In this document: positions 35,148-46,824 of the stretch, piece after piece
Position numbering within the stretch: the first letter of the stretch is position 1
Layout of the letters: each line of letters begins with the position of its first letter
Assembly: GCA_023213395.1 (NCBI GenBank)
Contig: CM041465.1
Location: 94,433,741 to 94,497,740 of the forward strand
DNA from: Cycas panzhihuaensis
Lineage: Eukaryota; Plantae; Cycadophyta
Direction: 5' to 3'
DNA: 64,000 nt
Notes under the pieces: model-generated
Seen by the model: the letters and a program-made list of their open reading frames with translations, nothing else
Told to the model about the DNA's origin: nothing
The model's database searches: none
Position numbers and translations under genes: made by a program

Positions 35148-38122
35148 AGTTGGGTGTAATATCTAATTACATTAACCTTATGTAAACCCTCTCTATTTCT
35201 TGTATTTTATATTAGAGTTTTAGGCCATCTTGATATGTGTGCCACCTCTAAGTAGACCAATGTGGTTCTCTCACTAGTGGTGAGCATGTATTATAAGTAT
35301 ATACTCTTCATTGTTACTAATTGAGTTTTGACCGATTCTCCACACATTGTATTTATTGTTGTACATACTTCATCATTTTATACTTTATTGCTTTATTTAT
35401 TTACTAACCATTAGGGTTTTATGTGATTATTACATTTCTAATTCTAACATGGTATTAGAGCCCAAGGTTAATCCTTGAGGACACCATTACAAACTCTAGT
35501 GCATTTTATCCTTATTTTTGAACTTTCAAGCCTTGTAATTTTTTTTTGATATGCTTGCTTAATGACTTTGTCAAGTTGAAGATCATTTCAAGTTACATCT
35601 TATGCATATTTTGTTATAGGACTATAATCAAGTTTTAAAGGGTTATTTTTGATGTTGATGAGAGGCTACTTTCAAGCCCATTTTTGAAGTTTTTTGAAGT
35701 TGTTTGAAGGAAGCTACTCAAGTGGACATCTTCCACATATGTGGCGCTATAATAAACTTGCATGTAGGTGAAAGTCCACCACATTCTTTGTGCAGATTCA
35801 ATTACTGTTAAGCTGCCTCCTTTGCATGTCAATGGACAAAATGCTGCAAGAACTGTTAACAGCAATTGAGAGAGTGCTTCTTGCTATCTAGAAGCCAGGA
35901 GTGACTTCAATTTAAAAGATTTATAGATATATAGGTCAATAAATATCATATTTCTGCTAATATGTACTATTTTAAATCAAAAAAATTATATTGTATTTAT
36001 GGCCTTCAAACTTGGCCTATGTTTTTATGTATTTTTCAAAGAAAAGGGGGGGGGGGGGGAGGGGGATTTTCCAAATTTTGTTGTTGAGCAGCCATTATAC
36101 CTGACTCACACTCTTTTCATCTCTTGGATCTATCCCCTACCATTAAACTATTGTAGTGTATACTTCTGTATGGGACTCTCCTGTTTCCTCAAAAAAGACA
36201 TACATGCATGTTCTAGCAAAGGTCATCTTCTATTGAAAAGCTCACCACAGACATGTAGTACATTTTTATAGGAGCAAGATTCATCTTACTTATCAAGCTC
36301 ATATGAAGAATTTAGACTTTTTTATCGAGGATTTATAGACCTTGGTTTTGACGCAGTTGGATAAGGCTGCCTGAGCTTAAAGCAAATGCCTATCTGCAAA
36401 TAGAGGAGTGTAATTCAATCTCTAGCTTTGGTCTGACAGAGATGCTTGCTAGTTGTATTAGAAAGTTGAAAGTACTATCTTTAATTAAATGTGAGGGGAT
36501 CAGGGAAATGCACACAGAATGCCAGTATCAGGTGGCACCTTTGGTGATCAATGGTGAAGTTGGCTTCTTTTTCTTAGGTTCTATCTAAAGGCTGTTTGAA
36601 GACATCTAAGAGCTCTCGCCACAGACTGTGGCTTCGGATAACATGGATGTAGACATAATGTTTTAGCAGCAAGTTCAAGCTCATTAGAAAATGGTAGCTT
36701 GACTTCCAGCAATTGAAGAGATTCATACTCTCCTTGACCGTAGCTTACATGGCATGCTCTCTACCTTTTCCCATAAATATGAGGGCTATCCATCAGGGTC
36801 AATGGTTGATTTCTCTTACGATGAGGATGGGATTCTGATTTTAGTAATTAGTGGCCTTTCACTTCACACTAAGGACCTGGAGGCTTGCCCAAAATGTTAA
36901 CTTCTTGTAGCAAAGGATCCTATAGACAAAATAGATTTGGTGATCACACTACATGGTGATGCAGTTTTTGTTCCTATCAACGAAGGAGAAGCCATTTGAA
37001 CCTTCTACTTGAAAAAGCACCCAGAAGCATTTTGGGTTGATTTTGGTAACTTCCGATTTGTTTGCATTGTACCAAAGATGGTGCGATATGTGTTTGGAAT
37101 TGTAACTAGCATGTAAGTATCGGGAGAATTTAACTGGGATGAATACAAAAATACAAACATTGATTCGATATCCAAGTTTTCAAATCCTATAATGTCCCAC
37201 ATGAATAAGGAATCTGCACTCACAGTAATGCCCCTTCCTCCCTATGAATCATTAAAATCTTTTAATATCCGTCATTGCTCAGGGAGTCAAAAGGCAAACA
37301 AAGGAAGATTGATAATGGCCACCCCTTTAATGCAAACCTGTAATACTACAACTTCAAACTTTGGGCCTTAAAACTAGTGGTAAGTTGTTATCCCAAAGAG
37401 GTATATTTTAGCCCATGTGTCACATGTTTGAGGCCATAGTGCCATTGTATTTCTAGCCATTAGATGCCAAAGAAGCGTTAGTCCTATCAAACAAGAGGTA
37501 GGACACACTTTTAAAGTTACTCTTACCTACCATGTGCCATGCACCGTGTGCCTTATATATATTTTTCTTCTTGCACTCCCATATGAGCAAGGGGTGGGAT
37601 ATTTTTCAGTTACTCTTATCAGCTCTTGATTGATCCATATATACAAAGGGAGTTCCTACCTAACTGGTAGTTGTAGAAGCTGAGGACCCATGCATTCCAG
37701 TAGATAGACTCCACTTCATATGGATTTCACTAGTTTTTTATTCTGTGCAGCAACATTTGTGATCCAACAAACTTTTGAAGGCTCGAGCTTATCATTGATG
37801 TGACAATATTTATGTAATTGACTATTACAGGTGGGAATATTAGGTGTAATACTTAGTTACATTAACCTTATGTAAACTCTCTCTATTTCTTATATTTTAT
37901 ATTAGAGTTGTGGGCCACCTCTAAGTAGACCAATGGGGTTCTCTTACTAGTGGTGAGTATGTATTATAAGTATGTACTATTTATTGTTACTAATTGAGTT
38001 TTGGCCAATTCACCACACATTGTGTTTATTGTTATACATACTTCATCATTTTGTATTTTATTACTTTTTTCATTTACTCACCATTAAGGTTTTATGTGAT
38101 TATTACATTTCTAATTCTAACA
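35148..38122 (+). mobile_element. Non-autonomous LTR element E carrying captured host mRNA sequence (no gag/pol)
   Basis: LTRs 35148-35449 and 37838-38122 (the 3' copy has a 17-bp deletion). PBS TGGTATTAGAGC at 35450, purine tract ACAGGTGGGAA before 37838, perfect TSD GAAAA (35143-35147 / 38123-38127). Confidence 0.93.
36643..37211 (+). pseudogene. HOZ: Processed (intronless), 3'-truncated pseudogene of plastid HugZ-like heme-binding/degrading protein (HOZ; PNPOx-like split-barrel family)
   Basis: One frame of 189 codons with 6 stops and no frameshift: LPAIEEIHTLLD..GMLSTFSHKYEGYPSGSMVDF..SLHTKDL..PKC*LLVAKDP..LVITLHGDAV..YLKKHPEAFWVDFGNFRF..PKMVRYV.G..SGEF..EYK..SHMNK. This is collinear with my recollection of Arabidopsis At3g03890. 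Likely transit-peptide sequence extends upstream to ~36300. Confidence 0.88.
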
Positions 38123-39443
38123 GAAAATGCCTTAACCTTCATTATTCCTAATTAGATAATTATATAGTGCCACAGGTAAGAATAAATCATGTTGGGATAA
38201 CCCCCAATGTTTCTTAAAAGACGTGCACTTAGGGCCCCTCAAAGCCACCTTTGAGACTCCCTAGGGCACCTAGATTCATATATATCAGGCCACCTTGAGA
38301 TTCCAAATGCTAATCCACTACTCTTAAGGTACACGTTTGTATTTTTAATTGTATTTTTTAATATATTATTTCGAATATTATTAGATAACGTGCAGGTCGA
38401 GTTAAGGCACTTACTGCCTCTGCAAAATTTCCTATAAATAGGGTGGAAATACCTCCCTGGTGTTTTTTGACACTGCTAATGATTCAGAAGAATATGTTAA
38501 CTCAAGTATCATGAACTCACTGTTGTAGTCCCACTGCACCTCTGCATCCTTCATTTGGTATTAGAGCGACTTGGTTAGTATGCGATCAATTAACTTTTGA
38601 GAAGTTTATGTGAGATTGACGGCTCATCTTCTGTATACTTTGGTATGTATATAATATCATGATTTATTAAAGGTTAAACCTTATAAAACCATTACTTATA
38701 TTATTTGACTTTTCTTTTATATATATTTGTCTATTATACCTATACCATCTACTTGATTTCATTTGATTCTAGCTTCTCAATCTTTGATCAAAACTATGTC
38801 ATATGACTACTTGTTTTGATCAGAATTGAATCCTCTAGTCGATAATGAAAACGGTTCATGTTTTCATTGATTATATTGAGAGATATATCTCTCTGAGTCA
38901 CAGGCAATTATTTGTGACCTGTTTCACTCCTCTGCTTCATTCTCATCCTATAAGCATATGTTTGATATGAAAATTTACTTATGCCTTACTATCCATGATA
39001 CTCAGCCTCTCCTAAAGTTTTGTGACAAACCATGTCTTTTGTGGTGAGATTGGATCAATAGAGTCTCCATGCCCTCATCCTTCACTGTTTTCTCATTATT
39101 TTTGTTAATACAAATATTTTTTTTTGTGTTTCTTTTTAAATTGGGTCTGCATTGCTTGGGCGCCCCCAGTAAAACCATTTAAGCATAGATCTGTAATCAA
39201 ATAAATCCATTTAATATCTATCTTACCTCTCTCTATTAGTCGTTTCCCTCTTCTGTTTCTATTTTTCTCATAAAAATGAAGGTAAACCTCTATGTTTTCG
39301 ATCTCCTTTCGATTGGCTAGCATTATATGTTGCAGCACCCCTCGTCTCACTGTGGCATAGAGTTCTCGATCGGGTTTCATCACATCTAGAATCTTGTCTT
39401 CGTTTTGTTTGCCTTCCATTTAACGTTCTTCTTTTTTCATATA

Positions 39444-39446
39444 GTA

Positions 39447-39481
<35 letters not shown>

Positions 39482-39509
39482 CTATATATATATATACACA
39501 CACACATAC
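39444..39509. repeat. Palindromic compound microsatellite (TG)n(TA)n(CA)n
   Basis: gtatgtgtgtgta(ta)n...tacacacacacatac, self-complementary. Confidence 0.9.
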
Positions 39510-41905
39510 CATTATTTTAGATCGATCTATAGACTGATCTGTGTAGAGGACTGAAGTACCCCTCTCTGTGTCTAAAATTTAATGTAATCCCATCATTTCG
39601 ATCATATTTTCTCATCGTTGTTCTCGCTCTGGAGTTGTTACACAGGTCGTAATAGTTCGAATGACGTCCGCTATTTTTTTAAATTGATTTTATAACACCT
39701 TATTTTAATTATCTTTCATAAAGGTTATATACAAAAATTTAATTACTTTTAATAAAGTTTCAAATCCTTTATTTAGAGCTTAGCCCTCTCAAGCTTCAAC
39801 CCCCGCCCCCGTGCTCCTCCATGTGTCCATAAAGAGTTTAATAAAGGGGTCAATCAATGTTATAAAAAGTTTTCTTTTATATTTTTCAATTTATTTTTCT
39901 CTAAAGGGGTGACTAGCATATTTTCATCTCTAACTTCTCATTAGAGTCTTAGATTTTGACAAAACTAGTCTTATCCTAACCATAGTTTTGTGAGCTTCAC
40001 CGTAGACTAGTCATTTTCTAGTTTTGGAGATGTTTTGATTAGTTTTTAAGAGTTTAAAGTCACTTCATTTTTTCAGCCTCTAGTTTATTAATTATAAAGA
40101 GGTCACTTTACTATTTTTACTATATCTTTCTCGTTTGGAATCCATTTTATGATCTATTAGTTTTGTTAGAAAACTGATTAAGCTCTTTTCATGCTGATAT
40201 AATCTCTTAAGTGATTTGAAGTCTTTTTGTAGATATTACAGGCCGGTAAAGTTAAAGTTTTGAATCAAGACTAGTTGTTCATGAATCAACATTTTTTGAA
40301 GTGTTTTCTTCAAGTTTTTTTTAGAATAAATCACATTAAAAGGTCTTCTATCTGTAAGTGAGCATTTTTTATACCTTTTATAAAGTTATAATCAATTTTT
40401 ATAATTTTTTAAGTCTTGTATCTCCTATTTAATCCCAAAAAGGGGTTTTTACATATATTTTTTAAAATCTTGAGTTATAGAAATTAGTTTTTTGAATGGT
40501 CAAATCTGTCAGAAAGAAAATTTGATATTCTTTAGTTAAGATAAATTTCACTTAATTCTGAGTTCATTTAGTAGGTATTTAAAGCAAGTTATTTTTAGCC
40601 CTTTATTTAGTCCTTATCGGTATCATTATATAACTTTTTATGTATTACATGATCTCAAAAGGTTACATTTAATTTATTATTTATAAACCATCTTATTCTA
40701 AAAGCCTTTATTATTCCTTGTTTATATTTTTAAGTTCCTTTTTACAACAAGAAGCTAATTTTTTAATACTTCAAGCTAAAAGGACCCATTTAATTAAATG
40801 GGTACATTTTTGTATTCTAGTTGTTCATTTTCTATATTTCCTAGAAGAAACTTGTCATTCTTCAAGCATTTTTATCATCAAAAGCAAGAGTTACACTTCA
40901 GTTTCTTATTTTTTTACTATTTTCAAAAGAATAACTACTCATTTTTTGCATTGATAAAGGTCATTCCTTTTGTTTACTCAAGCTACTTCTTAACTTTGAA
41001 AATTCAAGCTTAGTTAAATAATTTCATTGATTTTCTATATTTTTAGTATGAAGGGAAATTATATTTCAAATATACACGGTTAAAGCCTTATTTGGTTTGC
41101 TAGAAAGGTTATTACTTGTATATTCTTTTGAAAATTTTATTATATCATTTGTTCATTATTACTTAGTAGATATTGTCTTCCTTTTAGTTATTTTTTTGTA
41201 TAAAAAGAATTTTTCAAAACCTTAAGTAATATCACAAGTATTAATTAATTTATTATCATATTAAAAAGATAAATCATGAATTGAACAACCTTCTTTTCCA
41301 GCCTTACAAGGGAAACAGTTAGGACCCCTAAAGTTACCATCTCGCAGACGCTAATTGGCCTACTCATATTGGATGAGGACAACCATTAGCCATCAGGTGT
41401 ATTAAGTGGCAAGCTGGGGTACAAAACCTTTTCCTTATTTAGTGTTTGGAGACCAAGGCTAGACCTGGAGAGGGTGAATGCCTTGATTCGAGTAACATTC
41501 ACTACTAGAACTATCGCTAGGTATAAGTCTGACACAGGTGGGTCCACAATTTAGAGGGGTGTAAAAACCTTCTTAGCAACCTGTGTACTGAGGTATATTA
41601 AGCCTTGCGATCATGTACCAGTATATTGGGTCCTTGTTTTACCATTTGTGAGTAGGCACCACTAGATATGATAGTAACTAAAAGTCTCCCTAGGAGAATC
41701 CTAAATTTAGAACCTATTAGCCTTATTAAGTACTAGTTCATTTTTTAAATTTTGGGTGAAACTTGGATTATTTAAACTTGGTTTAAATTTTAAATTCAAA
41801 ACCCTTTCAAACTTCAAATTCAAATCTTTCTTGAAATTCAAATTTAAAACTTTTGTAAACTCTATCCTTATTTGTCACCTTTGTTCAATAAAACCTTAGT
41901 TCACC

Positions 41906-44900
41906 ATGGCATCAAGTTTTGGCAACATGATTATTCAAAAATTTGATGGGAATAATTTCTTAAATTGGAGTAGGAGGATGCGACCCATCCTCATAGCTAA
42001 TAAAATTTAGGAGATTGTGAAAATATGATACAATGAACTAGGTCCAAATCTAATTGATGGGGACAAAGCCACCTATAAGGAAAATGTTAAGAAGGATAAT
42101 GAATCCTTGGCACTTATCTTTTGTGCACTTGAAGATTATGTAATCCCTGATGTTATTAAGTCTGTCAAATCAAAGGAACCTTGGGACACACTCTAGTTAA
42201 TATATGGAGGAGCAACCTCTTCCAAACTTCAGAATCTTAGAAGCAAGTTTGAAAACTTGTGCATGTTACCCACAGAATCTGTAATATAATTCATGATAAA
42301 AATACAAGATATAGTGAATTAGATGAGGTCTCTTAGAGATACCCTAACATAACAACGAATAATTGATTGGATTGTAAGATATATTGGTGTAGTGAGACAT
42401 TTTGAAATGGTTGCCACTAGTATAAGTATATCAAAAAATCTAAGCATATTAAAAGTGGTATAACTTAATGTTATGCTCATGTTAATAGAAGAACAACAAA
42501 ATGCCAATGAGTCACTTGAACATGCCTTTTCCATAAAGGCTTGTATCTAATCCAATTCTCAAGCAGAAACTTCAAGGTCTAAAGAATCACCTCTAAGAAG
42601 AAGGGTTGGGAACCTTAGAAGGGAAGCTAGGTAAGATCCTCCCAAATAGTAAGCCCCTCATCAAAGGAGGTAAGGAGGACACCAACAAAATGAGAACCCT
42701 CCTAGGTATACAAACCAAAGGAGACTATTTGAAGGTCATACTAGTTATCCTAATTGTCAATCCTCGAGGTCCAATCAAGAATACTATGACAATAGACTAA
42801 GAGATAACCCTCCTCAACCTTATGAGGAAAGGGGGAGATCCTCCAATATTGATCGATCTCATGCAAGAAGCAGGAGATTAAGCTATGGAAGGAGAGATCC
42901 CTTATATTGTACATATTGCCATAGAAGTGGCCATACTGAAGATAAATTTTTCTTAAAATATGAATCACCCACTAGAGTACATACCCACAACACAACTAAG
43001 TCAAAGGACAATAACAAGTTGTTTCTATCTAGCTTCACTGCTAAGGAGGAAGAAGATGATAGTTGGTACATTGATTCAGGATGTTTAACTCATATGACAC
43101 ACAAAGAACATTTGTTTCATACTTTAGACAAAAATAGGAAAGGGTCCATTATGTTTGGAGATAATACCTCCTATGAATTAGTTTGTAGAGGTAATATAGC
43201 CTTGATGACAAATATAGAAGAATATAGACATCTAGATGATGTCTTATATGTCCCAACTCTAAGGAAAAACTTGCTATCAATAGGGCAGATGATGGAACAT
43301 GACTACAAAGTCATTTTTGACAATGGTGAGTGTGTAATAAAAGACAAAAAGAGAAATGAAACTATTATTGCCAAAGGGAATATGACCAAGGATTGCTTGT
43401 TCAGACTTATACTTACTCCTTCAGATACATATGCTTTAAGAACTTTAGCTAACTTGGATAACGACTTGTGGCATAGAAGATTTGGCCATCTCAATTACAA
43501 TAGTTTGGCCCTTATTAAATGGATGGGCATGGTCAATGGTTTACCACATATTGAAGTAAATAAAAACTTATATGAAGGGTGTCTTCTTGACAAACACCAT
43601 TGGGAAAGCTTTTTAAATTTTAGTTATCGAGCGTTAGGTCTAATCTAATTAGTATACATAGATATTTGTGGTCCTATGAATACGCCTTCACTAGTAGGTG
43701 CAAAATACTTCATCACATTCATTGATAACTTCACAAGGAAGACATAGGTGTTCTTCCTCAAGTATAAATTAGATGCCTTCTAACACTTTCTTGATTTCAA
43801 AACCTTTGTGGAGTGACAAAGTTGATATGAACTTCTATCCCTAAGATTGGATAATAGAGGATAGTTTATCTCTAATGCATTTAAAGATTATTATGTACAC
43901 CATGGAATTAGAAGATAGTTTATTAATCCCTATACCCCACAACAAAATGGTGTAGCGGAAAGGAAAAATTACACTATAGTCGAAATGGCTAGGTGTGTGC
44001 TTAAGGACAATAATTTGGGCCATGAGTTTTAGGCTGAAGTAGTTCACACAACTGTTTATTTACTCAGTAGGTGCTCCACCAAAGCTCTTAGGTGGAAAAC
44101 TCTAGAAGAAGATTGGATTGGTTACAAACCAAGCATACATCATTTTAGAGTATTTGGATGTCTTACTTATAGCCACATTCCTAATCAACAAAGATCAAAA
44201 TTGGATGATTACAACATCAAATATATTTTCCTTGGCTATAGTAAAACTTCCAAGTCATACAAGGTATGTGATCCCAAATCAAGAAAAGTCATGTTAAGCA
44301 GGGATGTTAAGTTCCAAGAAGATACCTACTATTAAGACAACTAAGAAAAGAAAAAGGAGGTTGTAATAAAGTTTAATAAATCTTCTAAAACCAAATATAT
44401 GTCTCCTATGTTTGATTCTCGGAGAAGCATCAATGAACCTAGTGGGGAGGGAACTTCAACTCAATCTCTACCACAAAACCTACTAAAATAGATTCATCAG
44501 AATCATGACTTGGGTAACATCTTGGGTAATAATCAAAGATCCATGCACCCACATAGGGTTAATTGACATGAATGTTAGAAAAACGTTATGGAAGATGAAT
44601 ATAATTCCATTGTTAAGAATGACACATGGGAGCTAGTTGATTTATCCCCAATGAGTATAAAATGGGTCTATAAAAGTAAGTTTTGCTTGGATGGATCCAT
44701 TGACAAGTATAAGGCTAGATTGATTGCAAAGGGGTATGTTAAAAACGAAGGCATAAACTATACTAAAACTTTTACCCCTGTTGCTTGGATGGAATCTATT
44801 AGAATGATGATAAGCCTAGCAGCCCAAATAGGTTGGAAAGTTTACCAAATGGATGTTAAAAGTGCCTTCCCCAATGGCTACATCAAAGAAGGCATCTATG

Positions 44901-46033
44901 TCACCCAACCCCTCAGTTTTGAAGTTAGGGGGGAAGAGAACAAATTGTATAAACTAAAAAAGGCACTCTATGGTTTAAAATAAGCACCAAGGGCTTGGTA
45001 TTTCTGTATAGATAAATATTTCAAATATTAAGGTTTTGAAATATCCCAAGCAGATCCTAACTTATATATCTAAATCAAGGGAAGTTCATTCCTTATTGTA
45101 GGTCTTTATGTGGATGACCTTGTATATACTGGAAATGACTCCCACCTCTTGCATCAATTCAAAGATGCTATGTGTAAAGAATTTGAGATGATAGATTTAG
45201 GACTTATGCATTACTTCCTAGGATTGGAAATTTGGAAAGACAAGAAGGGAATTTTCATCTCCCAATGTAGATATACCTTAAACCTATTACAAAAGTTTAG
45301 AATGACAAATTTTAAACCATTGACAACCCCAGCTGAAATATGAATCAAATTCTCCAAGACAGATGACTCTACTTCAGTTGATCTAATACTTTACAGATAA
45401 CTTATTAGTAGTTTGACATATTTAACATCCACTTAACCAGATATAACACACTCAGTTAATGTTTTATCTAGGTTCATGTGAGATCCAAAAACCTCTCACT
45501 AGCAAGCAACTAAGAGAATCCTTCAATATCTCAAAGGAACTCCAGATTATGGGCTATAATACAAAGCTTTCCCAAATTTTTAGTTGAATGGCTATACATA
45601 TTTAGATTGGGTAGGAGATGTTGATGACAGAAAGTCTACAACAGATTATATATTCAGTATGGAATCAGCAGCAATAGCATGGAGCACAAAGAAGCAGAAT
45701 ACGATTTCCTTATCTACATTCGAGGCAGAATATAAAGCAACAGTAGCAGGTACATGTGAGCCAGTTTGGTTGAGAAGACTATTACAGGATTTTCAACTTA
45801 AACATCAAGGTCCCACTAGAATTTGGTGTGCCAATCATACCACCATCCAAATGGTAAAGAATCCGGTCTTCCATGGCAAAATAAAATACATCGAGACTCA
45901 ATACCATTTCATTCGGGAACTAGTACAATCAGAAGAAATTAAATTGGCCTATTGTAGCACTAAAGACCAGATAATAGATATATTTACAAGGCTTTGGGAA
46001 AAGTCAAATTCTAAAAATTTAGAAAAAGTTTAG
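41906..46033 (+). pseudogene. copia F gag-pol with many stops
   Basis: MASSFGNMIIQKFDGNNF.NW; WYIDSGC..HMT; WHRRFGHLN; QQNGVAERK; KWVYK..KYKARLIAKG; YVDDL; AEYKA..; KYIETQYHFIRE. Confidence 0.95.
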
Positions 46034-46824
46034 GAGTCATTCATATTGGACATTATGGGGGAGAATGTTGGGATAACCCCCAATGTTCCTTAGAAGACTT
46101 ACACCTAAGGCTCCTCAAAGCCACATTTAGGTCTCCCTAGGGCACCTAGAGCCACACACCAGGCTACCTTGAGCCTCAAAATACCGACCCAGTACGCTTA
46201 AAGTACGCGTTTATATTTTTAATTGCATTTTTTAATATATTATTTTGAATATTATTGGATAACGTGCAAGTTGGGTTGAGACGCTTATCGCCTCTCCAAA
46301 ATTTCCTATAAATGGGGTGGGAATACCTTCTTGGTATTTTTTAACACTACCAATGATTCAGAAGAATATGTTAACTCAAGTATCATGAACTCATCATTGT
46401 AGTCCTGCTTTGCACCTCTGCATCTTTTAAATCAAGCACACTAAAGAAATTAAAATACGTAGCACAAAGAATTTTAAACAATGGTTATTTATTCATAAAT
46501 AATAATTTTCTAAAGTTTTATGAAATTAAACTTGATTTGATGAATATGTGAAGTCTATGCCCTTTAATTTTAGCCTATGGTAAAATGAATTACAGTGTTA
46601 AAATTACAAAAAATAGTTAATATTAATGAAATGTGCCAAAGTTTACTTTTAGCCCTTTTAAGTAATTTTACAACTCATTTTGACAGTTATTCAATAATAT
46701 GATTAGTTTTGGCTTTGCATGAGCATTAAGGAAAGTATCATGCTCATATAATTTTGGTTTCATATTAGTGAGAAGTTATTTTCTATGAAGTACAAGAAAT
46801 TAAAGGTGTTTTAATATCATATTA

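Larger units (their letters stand above)
38190..46429 (+). mobile_element. Full-length decayed Ty1/copia element F with a 3.35-kb leader
   Basis: 364-bp LTRs 38190-38553 and 46066-46429, PBS TGGTATTAGAGC at 38556, PPT ATGGGGGAGAA, perfect TSD AATCA. Confidence 0.96.

Noticed and set aside
37005-37223. Minus-strand 72-aa ORF
   Set aside because: Antisense shadow of the HOZ retrocopy.
41319-41704. Group I intron or hammerhead ribozyme
   Set aside because: No convincing P7 R/S pair and no CUGANGA..GAAA core; kept only as an unassigned structure.
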